DNA from: Microbacterium sp.
GTDB taxonomy: Bacteria > Actinomycetota > Actinomycetes > Actinomycetales > Microbacteriaceae
Assembly (NCBI RefSeq): GCF_047607465.1
Contig: NZ_JASGCY010000061.1
Coordinates: 15,541 to 79,540, forward strand
Reading direction: 5' to 3'
Length of the DNA stretch: 64,000 bases
How positions within the stretch are numbered: the first letter of the stretch is position 1; every line of letters begins with the position of its first letter. The position numbers were made by a program, and so were the translations under genes. The notes beneath the pieces are model-generated. The model did no database searches, had not been told where the DNA came from, and worked only from the letters and a program-made list of their open reading frames with translations. Positions 27,807 to 37,372 of this stretch are shown here, piece after piece.

Positions 27807-30017
27807 ATGGCCGATCTCAGCAACCTTCGCGCAGCAGACCTCACGCTCGAAGAGCGCGCGTCGCTCACCAGCGGCGCCGACTTCTGGACCACCAAGGCGG
27901 TCGACCGTGTCGGCATCCCCTCGGTCATGGTCACCGACGGTCCGCACGGCCTGCGCAAACAGGGCGGGGCATCCGACCACCTGGGTCTTGCCGACAGCAT
28001 CCCTGCCACCTGCTTCCCCCCGGCCGTCGGTATCGCCGCGAGCTTCGACCCCGAGCTCGCAGAGCGCGTCGGTGTCGCCCTCGGCGTGGAGTCCGCCATC
28101 GAAGACGTCGCCGTCATCCTCGGCCCCGGCATCAACATCAAGCGCTCCCCGCTGTGCGGACGCAACTTCGAGTACATGTCCGAAGATCCGATCGTCTCCG
28201 GCGCGATGGGTGCAGGGCTCGTTCGTGGCATCCAATCGCAGGGCGTCGGCTCCTCGCTGAAGCACTTCGCCGCGAACAACCAGGAGACCGACCGCGTTCG
28301 TGTGTCTGCCGACATCGACCAGCGCACCCTGCGGGAGATCTACCTGCGCGGCTTCGAGCGCGTCGTCAAGGACACCCAGCCGTGGACCGTGATGTGCTCC
28401 TACAACCGCCTCAACGGCGTGTACACCTCGGAGGACCCCTGGCTGCTGACCTCGGTTCTGCGCGACGACTGGGGCTTCGAGGGGCTGGTGGTCTCGGACT
28501 GGGGCGCCGTCTACGACCGCGTCGCCGGCGTCGCCGCCGGGCTCGATCTGGAGATGCCATCGAGCAACGGCCGCACGGATGCCGAGCTGGTCGCCGCCGT
28601 CCGCGACGGGCGGCTGGCCGAAGACGCCCTGAACGCCGTTGCCGACCGTGTGATCGACCTGGTGCGCAAGTCGCAGGCGCGGCCTGCAGCATCCGGCTCG
28701 CTCGACGTCGAAGCGCACCACGCGCTGGCCCGCGAGGCGGCAGGGCGGTCGATCATCCTGCTGAAGAACGACGGCGGCGTCCTGCCGCTCGCGGCCTCGA
28801 CCTCGGTCGCGGTGATCGGCGCCTTCGCCGAGTCCCCCCGCTATCAGGGCGCCGGCTCATCGCAGATCAACCCGACCCGCCTGGACAAGGCGATCGACGC
28901 GATCCGCGAGGCGGCCGACACCGAGGTCGCCTTCGCCGCCGGATTCACGATCGACGGCTCCGGGGATGCTGCCGCGCTGCGCGCGGAGGCCGCCGCTACG
29001 GCATCCGCAGCAGAGGTCGTCGTCGTCTTCCTCGGCGTTCCGGCCGCAGAGGAGTCCGAGGGCTTCGATCGAACGCATATCGACCTGCCGCAGAACCAGC
29101 TCGACCTGCTGGACGCGGTGATCGGCGCGAACCCGAACGTGGTGGTCGTGCTCTCGCACGGCGGCGTCGTGGCTCTGCCGTTCGCCGACCGCGTGTCGGC
29201 GATCCTGGATGCGTCGCTGCTCGGCCAGGCCGGCGGCTCAGGCACGGCCGACGTGCTGTACGGCGCGGTCAACCCGTCCGCGCGCCTCGCCGAGACCATC
29301 CCGTTCCGCATCGAGGACACCCCGGCGTTCGGGAACTTCCCCGGCGAGCACGGCCATGTGCTCTATGGCGAGGGGCTGCTGGTCGGCTACCGCTGGTATG
29401 ACGCGAAGAAGCTCGACGTGCAGTTCCCGTTCGGGCACGGCCTGTCGTACACCACCTTCTCCTACGGCCAGGCCAGCGCCTCGGTCGGCTCTGATGGAGA
29501 CATCCTGGTCACCGTGCCGGTCACGAACACCGGAAGTGTCGACGGCCGTGAAGTCGTGCAGGTGTACACCTCGCTCCCCGGCTCCTCGGTGAACCGCCCG
29601 CCCCGCGAGCTGAAGGGCTTCGCCTCAGTGGCGATCGCGGCCGGCGAGACCGTGGATGTCGAAGTGACGCTTCGCCGCTCGGAGCTGGCCTACTGGGACA
29701 TCCGGGTCGACGGGTGGATCGTGGAGGGCGGCGAATACGTCGTCGAGGTCGGGGCGTCCAGCCGCGATCTGCGCAGCTCGACGACCGTGGCCGTGGCGGG
29801 CGACCCGCTGCGCCTGCCGATCAGCATGAACTCCTCCTTCGAGGAGCTGCTGGCAGACCCTGTGATCGGCGAGGAGGTGCGGGCCGCGCTCGATGCGAGC
29901 AACGTCGAACCTGCCCTGCTGGAGCTGATGGGCAACTTCCCTGTCGGCCGCATCGACGGCATGCCGCTGCCCCGGGAGCAGACGATCGCCCTCGTCGAGA
30001 AGGCTCAGCGAGGCTGA
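27807..30017 (+). CDS. Glycoside hydrolase family 3 beta-glucosidase
   Basis: KHFAANNQE and GLVVSDWGAV, with a C-terminal fibronectin-like region. Confidence 0.9.
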   Translation: MADLSNLRAADLTLEERASLTSGADFWTTKAVDRVGIPSVMVTDGPHGLRKQGGASDHLGLADSIPATCFPPAVGIAASFDPELAERVGVALGVESAIEDVAVILGPGINIKRSPLCGRNFEYMSEDPIVSGAMGAGLVRGIQSQGVGSSLKHFAANNQETDRVRVSADIDQRTLREIYLRGFERVVKDTQPWTVMCSYNRLNGVYTSEDPWLLTSVLRDDWGFEGLVVSDWGAVYDRVAGVAAGLDLEMPSSNGRTDAELVAAVRDGRLAEDALNAVADRVIDLVRKSQARPAASGSLDVEAHHALAREAAGRSIILLKNDGGVLPLAASTSVAVIGAFAESPRYQGAGSSQINPTRLDKAIDAIREAADTEVAFAAGFTIDGSGDAAALRAEAAATASAAEVVVVFLGVPAAEESEGFDRTHIDLPQNQLDLLDAVIGANPNVVVVLSHGGVVALPFADRVSAILDASLLGQAGGSGTADVLYGAVNPSARLAETIPFRIEDTPAFGNFPGEHGHVLYGEGLLVGYRWYDAKKLDVQFPFGHGLSYTTFSYGQASASVGSDGDILVTVPVTNTGSVDGREVVQVYTSLPGSSVNRPPRELKGFASVAIAAGETVDVEVTLRRSELAYWDIRVDGWIVEGGEYVVEVGASSRDLRSSTTVAVAGDPLRLPISMNSSFEELLADPVIGEEVRAALDASNVEPALLELMGNFPVGRIDGMPLPREQTIALVEKAQRG

Positions 30018-30092
30018 GAACCCCGCATCGGCCCGTCGCCGCCCGGGAGCACGGCACTTCCAGAGCCGTCTGCACGGTCAGGTCGGCGGATG

Positions 30093-30866
30093 TCAGTGCC
30101 GCGACGGATGCAGGACGAGGGCGAGGATCTCCTCGAAGCTGCGCGCCGCAGCATCCTCATCACGGGCCTCGAAGGCCGCGCGGAGGGCATCGAACAGGAT
30201 CGCCACCTTCTCGGGGGAATCCACCCGCACCTCCGCCGCGCGCACATCGCGCTCGAGGACGACGCGCATCTCGGACATGACGGTTCCGTACACCGACCCG
30301 TCGGCGCACTGGGTGAGAGTGTCGATGCAGCGGAAGAGGCCCGAATGCGCGCTCTGGGTGTCTCCGCCGAGGAGCGCCTCCTCCCAGGCATCGAGATCCG
30401 CACTGATCCCTTTCGTCACGGGCGCGCCCATCGAGAGCGCGGCGAGGCCTGCAGCACGCGCGCAGAGATGTCGTAGCAACCGCAGCGACTCGTCTATCTG
30501 CGCCGCGGACAAGGGCACGACACGGGTGAACCTGCTGGCCGAGGTCTCGACGATGCCCTGTCTCTCCAGTCGGAACAGCGCCTCTCTGACGGGAGTGCGC
30601 GATACGTCGAGCACCGCGCACAGACGCGACACGTCGAGAGCGACGCCCTCGGGCAACTCACCGCTGATGATCGCCTCGGCGAGACGCCGATAGGCGATGT
30701 CGCTCAGGCGTCTCGCCTCTCGCGCGACTCCTGACCGGAGCGCGGCGACGCTGCGGAGCTCGGCATCTGGTCGCACGACATGCATGCTCGTCGTGCGGAC
30801 CGCCTCGGCGAACGGCGACGAGGCGACGCCGGCCCGAGGCTCCGCAGGGTGCGGTGTCTTCTCCAC
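30093..30866 (-). CDS. GntR-family regulator (FadR/FCD subfamily)
   Basis: wHTH LDVSRTPVREALFRLERQGIV plus a helical C-terminal domain. Start uncertain. Confidence 0.8.
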   Translation of the reverse strand: MEKTPHPAEPRAGVASSPFAEAVRTTSMHVVRPDAELRSVAALRSGVAREARRLSDIAYRRLAEAIISGELPEGVALDVSRLCAVLDVSRTPVREALFRLERQGIVETSASRFTRVVPLSAAQIDESLRLLRHLCARAAGLAALSMGAPVTKGISADLDAWEEALLGGDTQSAHSGLFRCIDTLTQCADGSVYGTVMSEMRVVLERDVRAAEVRVDSPEKVAILFDALRAAFEARDEDAAARSFEEILALVLHPSRH

Positions 30867-31029
30867 GGCGCTCCCTTCGAATCGGACGGCCTGTGTGATT
30901 CAGTCGAGCACATCGCCGGGGAGCCGGATCGCAAATCCATGAAACTTCACCCCGGCTTTCACCCTCGACTCGAGGGTCTGCCGAGGAAGTGGCTCCGCGC
31001 GTGCACCCGAGAAGTAGGCTGAGCACATC

Positions 31030-31800
31030 ATGGAGTGGTGGAACTACTGGTGGCTCGTCTTCCCGTTGATGGGAGTCGCGGGCGCGGCCGCGAAGCGGTG
31101 GGAATGGGCCGCGCGCCGACGTCACGAGCGCCGGCTGGAGACCCTGCGCCTGAAAGCCGAGATCCAGGCCGCCCAGCTCGAGGCACGCGGGCTCCCTCAG
31201 CGTCAGGATCCCGCGAGCATCGACCCCGCGGCATCCGTCGCGACGAACGAGCTGCTGACCCGTCTGTTCGCCGAGCATGACGAGATCACCGCGCGCTGGC
31301 TCGACTACGAGCTCGACGTGTCCAAGCTCATCGCGTTCCCCGCGATGAGCGATGGACGCCAGCCGCTGGTGGCCGCGTTCCTGCGTGCGAAGAAGACGGC
31401 GGATGCTCTGCGCCCGGCCTCCGCGGACGCTGCGGTGCCGCAGCGCCAGGTCTCCGAGTACCTCGACGCGGTCGGCGCCTACGCGGTGGCCTTCGAGGTC
31501 GCAGAGAAGGACGCCAGGCGCCTGCGCGACTCGACCTTCACCGAGCCCGAGCGCAAGCGCTTGGAGCGTGCGCAGCAACTGCTCAAGGTCGCCGTCGACG
31601 AGTCGGCCACGCAGGCCGAGCGCAATGTCGCCTACAAGCGGGTGCGCGAGGAGCTCGATGGGCTCGTCCTGCTGTCGGACGAGGCGGTCGAGGTGCTCGA
31701 GAAGCAGGTCGCCCGCGAACTCCCCGCTCCCCCGGCATCCGCTCCGGTCTCTCCGCCGACGCCCCACCTGCACGGCGACGCCGACGCCCCACCTGCCTGA
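31030..31800 (+). CDS. Hypothetical membrane-anchored helical protein; 3' end runs into a family A repeat
   Basis: N-terminal TM MEWWNYWWLVFPLMGVAGAA. The last ~15 codons (..PPTPHLHGDADAPPA*) are encoded by the repeat. Confidence 0.55.
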   Translation: MEWWNYWWLVFPLMGVAGAAAKRWEWAARRRHERRLETLRLKAEIQAAQLEARGLPQRQDPASIDPAASVATNELLTRLFAEHDEITARWLDYELDVSKLIAFPAMSDGRQPLVAAFLRAKKTADALRPASADAAVPQRQVSEYLDAVGAYAVAFEVAEKDARRLRDSTFTEPERKRLERAQQLLKVAVDESATQAERNVAYKRVREELDGLVLLSDEAVEVLEKQVARELPAPPASAPVSPPTPHLHGDADAPPA

Positions 31801-31825
31801 CGTCGGCCACGTGGGGCGTCGGCGG
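31754..31825. repeat. Palindromic repeat family A (GACGCCCCACCTG units), copy 1
   Basis: ccgccgacgccccacctg..gacgccccacctg..cacgtggggcgtcggcgg. Confidence 0.8.
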
Positions 31826-31842
31826 GAAGTGCGGGCGGCGCG

Positions 31843-32319
31843 TCAGCCGCGTGCGGTGCGCTCGGCCTCTTTCGCGGCGACGATCTGGCGAAGACCCGAG
31901 CTCGAGAAGCGGTGGTCGCGGGTGTTGAAGTACAGCTCGATGCCGGACTCCTCGCAGTAGGCCCGTCCGGTGAAGTCGCGGTCGGCGTACTCGTCGCCGA
32001 CGATGCGCACGTCGAGCTTGAACGAGCGGAGGATGTCCTCCAGGTCCTGCTCGGTGGAGTACGGGACGATCTCGTCGACGTACTCGCAGCCGCGGAGCTG
32101 GATGTAGCGCTCGACGACCGTCTGGGTCGGAGCGTTCTTCTCCGGGCGGTCGAGGGTCGGATCCATCTGCAGCCCGCAGATGAGGTAGTCGCACTGCCGC
32201 TTGGCCTCGGCCAGCATCATGATGTGCCCCGCATGCAGCAGGTCGAAGGTGGAGAAGGTGATCCCGACACGGGGGCCGGGGTTGTAGTCCTGGTGCTTCT
32301 TCTTCGGCTTGTCTGCCAT
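31843..32319 (-). CDS. Cytidylyltransferase-fold protein (glycerol-3-phosphate cytidylyltransferase TagD-like)
   Basis: TFDLLHAGH (HxGH motif) and RFSSSGLR. 158 aa. Confidence 0.75.
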   Translation of the reverse strand: MADKPKKKHQDYNPGPRVGITFSTFDLLHAGHIMMLAEAKRQCDYLICGLQMDPTLDRPEKNAPTQTVVERYIQLRGCEYVDEIVPYSTEQDLEDILRSFKLDVRIVGDEYADRDFTGRAYCEESGIELYFNTRDHRFSSSGLRQIVAAKEAERTARG

Positions 32320-32387
32320 TGCTCTTCCGATTGTGCTGCGGTTTCGACGTCCTGAGAACTCTATCCAACCGCAGCCCCTGAACCCCC

Positions 32388-32470
32388 GCGACGCCCCACC
32401 TGCGCCGCGACGCCCCCTCTGACAGACGTCGCCCAGGTGGGGCGTCGCGTGTCAGGTGGGGCGTCGGCGG
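32388..32470. repeat. Palindromic repeat family A, copy 2
   Basis: gcgacgccccacctg..cgacgccccc..caggtggggcgtcgc..caggtggggcgtcggcgg. Confidence 0.8.
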
Positions 32471-32490
32471 ATCCGCAGAGGGAACGGGCT

Positions 32491-32865
32491 TCAGTCGGGC
32501 AGCATCCGCTTCGTGATCGCTTGCACATCAGCATCGAGACCGTCGAGTCGGCGCTCCACGCGATCGAGGCGCTTGTCGACCTGCTCGAACCGCCGATCGA
32601 CCTCTTCGAAGCGCCGATCGACGTTGTCGAAACGGACCATCATCTCGGTGCGCAGACCGTCGATCTTCTGGTCGAACGTCGCGGCCATCACATCGAGTCG
32701 TGTGTTGACCGCCTCGAACTGCGCCGCAACGGTGCCGAACTGCGCCGTGATCGTGCCGAACTGCGCCGCGATCGTGCGCATCATCAGCTGCGTGGTCACG
32801 GCGATCATGCCGGTCAGCGCCGCGGCGAGTATGCCCAGCGCAGCCCAGATCTGCGGTTCATTCAC
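32491..32865 (-). CDS. Small membrane-anchored coiled-coil protein, hypothetical
   Basis: GTG start after GAAAGGG. One TM, then heptad-like repeats (AAQFGT x3; DRRFEEV/DRRFEQV/DKRLDRV/ERRLDGL). Confidence 0.5.
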   Translation of the reverse strand: MNEPQIWAALGILAAALTGMIAVTTQLMMRTIAAQFGTITAQFGTVAAQFEAVNTRLDVMAATFDQKIDGLRTEMMVRFDNVDRRFEEVDRRFEQVDKRLDRVERRLDGLDADVQAITKRMLPD

Positions 32866-32996
32866 GGGAAGCACCCTTTCATCATCCAACGGCTGCGTCC
32901 AGATTGCCAGCGTCTTGTGGCGTGGAAATACCTGCTGACCGGCATATCCCGCGATCTGTGCATAAGTCGTCGACACAGGGAGATGTGTAGAGAGAG

Positions 32997-34103
32997 TCAG
33001 TGGCGGACGCTGCGCGTCACCGTGAACTTCGGCGTGCGCACGACCTGCTCGGTGGGGCCGACAAGCCGGCGCAGCTCGCCGCGGTAGGCGAGCGACGAGT
33101 TGTACACGCACCAGAGCACCCCGCCGGGGCGCAGAATGCGCGCCGCCGCCTCGAACAGCCGGGTCGCGGCTCCCGTGTGGATGCTGGAGCCGAGGTGGAA
33201 CGGCGGATTCAGCAGCACGACGTCGACACTCGCATCATCGATCTCCGACGCCGCGTCATCGTGCATCACCACCACGCGATCGCCCACGCCGTTCGCCGCG
33301 GCGGTGGCGAGAGCGGATGCCGCCGCAGCGGCCGAGCGATCGGTCGCGATCACGCGGGAAGAGGGATGGGCGAGGGCATACGACACGGCGAGCGCGCCGG
33401 TGCCGCAGCCGAGATCGACGACGTCCGCCGCCGCGGGCACGCGATCGAGCGCGTCGAGGAGCACCCGCGTGCCGATGTCGAGCCTCGCCCCGGCGAAGGC
33501 GCCGCCGTGCGCGACCAGGGTGAGTCCGTCGTGCTGCGCCGACACCGGGAACGGCGGCGGCCCGGCGACGGTCAACGGCTCGGACGCCACGATCAGCCGC
33601 GACTTCCGCTGCGCCCGCTGCGCCTGCACCGCCCCGAAGAACCGGCCGAGCACCTCGTTCTGCGCGAGGGTCATGTGCTTCACCCGGCCTCCGGCGACGA
33701 GCACGACATCGGGCGCGGCCGAGCGCGCCACGGCATCCGCTATCTCCTCCAGCTCGGCGAGCGACTTGGGCAGCTGCAGGAGCACGAGCCGGGCGCCGTC
33801 GAGCAGCGCGGGCGACAGCTCGTGCGAGGCGAAACCGCTCAGCCCGAGCTCCTCGGCGTTGCGCGCGAGCGCGCAGCGCCCTGTGGCGAGGTCCTGATGC
33901 ACGCGAACTCCGGTGCGCCCGGCATCCGTCAACGCCAGGGTGATGGCTCCGTACTCGTCGCCGATGACGGCGATCTCCACCCCAGGCAGGCCCGTCTCGA
34001 TCGCCCACTCGACGAGCAGCATGTCTGTGGCGTCGTACGCCTGCAGGTTCTCGGCCTCGACATCGGGCCAGCGCCGCAGGCGGGCGTAGGGAAAGTCGGG
34101 CAC
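32997..34103 (-). CDS. Class I SAM-dependent methyltransferase, RlmG/RsmC-like (rRNA guanine-N2 type)
   Basis: DLGCGTGAL SAM motif and NPPFH catalytic motif. Duplicated-domain length. Confidence 0.75.
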   Translation of the reverse strand: MPDFPYARLRRWPDVEAENLQAYDATDMLLVEWAIETGLPGVEIAVIGDEYGAITLALTDAGRTGVRVHQDLATGRCALARNAEELGLSGFASHELSPALLDGARLVLLQLPKSLAELEEIADAVARSAAPDVVLVAGGRVKHMTLAQNEVLGRFFGAVQAQRAQRKSRLIVASEPLTVAGPPPFPVSAQHDGLTLVAHGGAFAGARLDIGTRVLLDALDRVPAAADVVDLGCGTGALAVSYALAHPSSRVIATDRSAAAAASALATAAANGVGDRVVVMHDDAASEIDDASVDVVLLNPPFHLGSSIHTGAATRLFEAAARILRPGGVLWCVYNSSLAYRGELRRLVGPTEQVVRTPKFTVTRSVRH

Positions 34104-34127
34104 CTCCCTACGATACGCGGGCGCCGC

Positions 34128-34859
34128 TCAGCCCGCCTCGCGCGCGATCAGAACGGCCGTGCGCTGCAGCAGCGGGATGCGGTGGGCAAGCTGCTCCACG
34201 TCCTGCACCATGCGGATAGCGGTCAGCGACAGGGCTCCGATCACGCCCATGGCACTGCGGATCGGCACGGCGACGCAGTTCACGAAGTCCTCGAACTCGG
34301 CGTCGTCCGCCGCCCAGCCCCGCTCCGAGATCACGTCGAGCTCACGGTCGAGCGCGGCGCGCGAGGTGATCGTGCGGCGGGTGTGCGGCGTCCAGTCCGT
34401 GCCCATGAGCACCGCATCCCGGCGGTGTTCGTCGAGGTCGGCGAGAATCGCCTTGCCCACCCCCGTGCAGTGCGGCAGCACTCGGGAACCGATGCGCGAG
34501 TACATGCGGACACCGCCCTGGTCCTCGACCTTGTCGACGTAGACGATGGTGTCATCGACGAGGGCGGCGACGTGCAGGGTGTTTCCGGTGTGCTCGTGCA
34601 GCTCTCGCAGGTGGACGGATGCCGCCTTGCGCAGGTCGAGGTTCTCCAGCGCCGTCTGGGCGAGGGAGACGAGATGGAACGCGAGCACGTAGGCGCCGTC
34701 GGCGCGGCGGCGCACATAGCCGACGTCCTCGAGGGTCTGCAGCTCGCGGAACATCGTCGAGCGATGCAGCCCGAACTCGACGGCCAGCTCGGCCACGGTC
34801 TGCGGCCGCGCGGCGATCGCGTCGACGATCATCGCGGCCCTTCGTACGCTCTGCGACAT
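34128..34859 (-). CDS. IclR-family transcriptional regulator
   Basis: Internal ATG (MSQSVRRAAMIVDAI..). wHTH TVAELAVEFGLHRSTMFRELQTL plus an IclR effector domain. Confidence 0.85.
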   Translation of the reverse strand: MSQSVRRAAMIVDAIAARPQTVAELAVEFGLHRSTMFRELQTLEDVGYVRRRADGAYVLAFHLVSLAQTALENLDLRKAASVHLRELHEHTGNTLHVAALVDDTIVYVDKVEDQGGVRMYSRIGSRVLPHCTGVGKAILADLDEHRRDAVLMGTDWTPHTRRTITSRAALDRELDVISERGWAADDAEFEDFVNCVAVPIRSAMGVIGALSLTAIRMVQDVEQLAHRIPLLQRTAVLIAREAG

Positions 34860-34867
34860 GGCGAGGC

Positions 34868-36154
34868 CTAGAAGAACGTCCGCACGAGCTCGACGACGCG
34901 GTCGTCGTCGAGCGAGACCGTCACCGGGAGGTAGTGCCACTTGTCGAAGGCGGTGCAGGGGTGCGAGAGCCCCAGGCGCACGACGTCGCCGATGCGCACC
35001 TCGGCGTCGCGGAGGAAGTCGCGGAGGAAGGAGTGCTGGTCGTTCATCGCCGACACCGTCGCCCCGGGCAGCGGCTGCCACGGCTCTCCGAGATCGGCGG
35101 CGAGCGCCTGCGGCTCGGGCAGTCCCTCGTCGAAGGGCAGGTCGCGCTTGCCCCCGTCGAGGAGGGCCAGCGCGGGCTCTGGGCGCGAGACGACCCGCGC
35201 GTATCCGTGCATCGCCGAGCGCAGGACGCCCTCGTCGCTGCGTCCGCCGTCAAGGGGGGAGATGCCGCGGTAGAAGCCGTCGTCGTGCACGATGTACGCG
35301 CCGGAGCGCAGAATCCAGCGGGTGCGGTCGTCACGGGCGATCGCGGGGGCGTAGACCTCGGCGACGAGATCGAAGTACGCGCTCCCGCCCGCCGTGACGG
35401 AGACGTCGCCCTCGTCGTCGTAGAGGTCTGCGATCGCGTCGTGCAGCGCCACCTGGTTCTCGAGGTACGCGCGGACCGCGTCGAGCGCGGCCGGCGAGCG
35501 ATCATGACCGAGGCTGCCCTCGTAGCCGGCGACGCCCGCAAGGCGAAGGACGTCGGATGCCGCGAGCAGCCGCGCGATCTCGATGCCCTCTTCGAGGGTG
35601 CGGGCGCCGGTGCGTCCGCCGGGAGCGCCGAGCTCGACGCACACGTCGACGCGTCGCGGCACGCCGATCTCGCGGAGCAGGTCCTGCATCCGCTCGACCG
35701 TGGCGACCGAGTCGGCCCAACTGACGAACCGGAACTCCGGATCGGCGAGCTCGGCCGAGAGCCAGCGCAGCGAGCGCGGGTCGACGACGGCGTTCGCGAG
35801 CATGATCTCATCGAGGCCGAAGGTGCGGGCGACGCGGACCTGGTCCAGGTTCGCGAGGGTGATGCCGGGGCATCCGGCGTCGAGCTGGCGCTGCCACAGG
35901 GCGGGAGCCATCGTCGTCTTGCCGTGGGGCATGAGGCTGAGGCCGCGAGAGGCCGTCCACTCGGCCATGAGGGCGAGATTCGCCGTCATGGCGGTGTCGT
36001 CGAGGGCGATCAGCGGCGTCCAGAACTCCGACAACCGCGGCTCGGTCGCGAGGAACTCGTCGACCGTGAGCCCGATCGCGCGCTCGGGGATCCCTTTGTC
36101 GCGGGCGGTCAGACGCTGGGTGCCGAGGCCTTCGAGCAGCAGTCGCTGTGCCAT
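34868..36154 (-). CDS. PLP-dependent D-amino-acid deaminase/aldolase-like enzyme (alanine racemase N-terminal fold, DSD1-like)
   Basis: Internal ATG after GGAGGA. PHGKT PLP-lysine motif. The rest of the 816-aa track ORF is antisense to the kinase gene. Confidence 0.75.
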   Translation of the reverse strand: MAQRLLLEGLGTQRLTARDKGIPERAIGLTVDEFLATEPRLSEFWTPLIALDDTAMTANLALMAEWTASRGLSLMPHGKTTMAPALWQRQLDAGCPGITLANLDQVRVARTFGLDEIMLANAVVDPRSLRWLSAELADPEFRFVSWADSVATVERMQDLLREIGVPRRVDVCVELGAPGGRTGARTLEEGIEIARLLAASDVLRLAGVAGYEGSLGHDRSPAALDAVRAYLENQVALHDAIADLYDDEGDVSVTAGGSAYFDLVAEVYAPAIARDDRTRWILRSGAYIVHDDGFYRGISPLDGGRSDEGVLRSAMHGYARVVSRPEPALALLDGGKRDLPFDEGLPEPQALAADLGEPWQPLPGATVSAMNDQHSFLRDFLRDAEVRIGDVVRLGLSHPCTAFDKWHYLPVTVSLDDDRVVELVRTFF

Positions 36155-36274
36155 GGGCGTCCTCCGTGCGGTCGGGGTGGAACGATCTGGGTCGAACCTA
36201 CCCCTCCGATGCCTGCTGTGCATATATTGCAACGCCTGTTGCGGATGCTGCGCACGCTCGTCATCATGTGAATC

Positions 36275-37165
36275 ATGTCTGCTGACGCCGCCCCCGCCCT
36301 GATCGCCATCGGCGAGACGATGGTGCTGATCGCCCCGCACGACGCCACCCCGCTCGCGGACGCCGACGACGTGCGCCTGAGCATCGGCGGCGCGGAGTCG
36401 AACGTCGCCGTCCACGTGTCCGCACTCGGCCAGTCGGCGGCCTGGGTGAGCGCACTCGGAGACGAGGTGCTCGGCCATCGGGTGCAGCGCACGCTCTCCG
36501 GGCTGGGCGTCGACACCCGCTGGGTGCGGTTCGATCCGGATGCTCCGACCGGTGTCTATTTCAAGGATCCGGGTCGCGGGGTGCACTACTACCGTGCGGG
36601 CTCCGCAGCTTCGCGCATGACCGCAGAGAGCATCGCAGAGGTGCCGCTGGAGCAGGCGCGCATCGTGCACGTCTCGGGAATCACCCCCACGCTGTCGGCG
36701 GAGTGCGCCGCGCTGATCGATTCCGTGATCGAGCGGGTCGCGGCATCCGACGCCTTCCTCAGCTTCGACATCAACCACCGGGCGGCGCTGTGGTCGGCAT
36801 CCGAGGCCGCGCCCGTGCTGCTGGGGCTGGCGAATCGCGCCGACATCGTCTTCGTCGGCCTCGACGAGGCGGAGACGCTGTGGGGGACGACATCGGCGGA
36901 TGCCGTGCGCGCTCTCATCTCCGCTCCCGGTCGCCTCATCGTGAAGGACGGCGACGTGGGAGCCACCGAGTTCTCGGCCGACGGCGTCGTCTTCGTGCCT
37001 GCAATCCCGACCGAAGTTGTCGAGGCGGTCGGCGCCGGCGACGCTTTCGCGGCAGGCTACCTCGCCGGCGTCCTCGCGGGACACGACCCCGAGGCGTGCC
37101 TGCGCTCGGGGCACGAGCGCGCCCATCTCGTGCTGCAGTCGACGCACGACGTCGTCACGCACTGA
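36275..37165 (+). CDS. PfkB-family sugar kinase, 2-dehydro-3-deoxygluconokinase-like
   Basis: GGAESNVA, DINHR, GAGDAF. Confidence 0.8.
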   Translation: MSADAAPALIAIGETMVLIAPHDATPLADADDVRLSIGGAESNVAVHVSALGQSAAWVSALGDEVLGHRVQRTLSGLGVDTRWVRFDPDAPTGVYFKDPGRGVHYYRAGSAASRMTAESIAEVPLEQARIVHVSGITPTLSAECAALIDSVIERVAASDAFLSFDINHRAALWSASEAAPVLLGLANRADIVFVGLDEAETLWGTTSADAVRALISAPGRLIVKDGDVGATEFSADGVVFVPAIPTEVVEAVGAGDAFAAGYLAGVLAGHDPEACLRSGHERAHLVLQSTHDVVTH

Positions 37166-37212
37166 CCCCCGCCCGCTTTCCCCCTCCCCCTCTCCCTCTC
37201 CGCCCTCCCGAT

Positions 37213-37298
37213 CCGCCGACGCCCCACCTGGCGCACGACGCCCCACATGCGCGACGCCCGCCAGGTGGGGCGTCGCGGCGCAGATGGGGCGTCGGCGG
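37213..37298. repeat. Palindromic repeat family A, copy 3 (most complete), with C-rich left and G-rich right flanks
   Basis: ccgccgacgccccacctggcgcacgacgccccacatgcgcgacgcccgccaggtggggcgtcgcggcgcagatggggcgtcggcgg. Confidence 0.85.
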
Positions 37299-37372
37299 AG
37301 AGGGGGTTGACAGCGCACCCGGTTGCATGGTTACTTAGTTGAGTAACTAACCAACAATCCCGGGAGGATCGC

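Noticed and set aside
36155-37318. N-terminal 388 aa of the 816-aa minus-strand ORF 34868..37318
   Set aside because: This part is antisense to the PfkB kinase gene and runs through a family A repeat. The real gene starts at the internal ATG 36154, which has a GGAGGA site.
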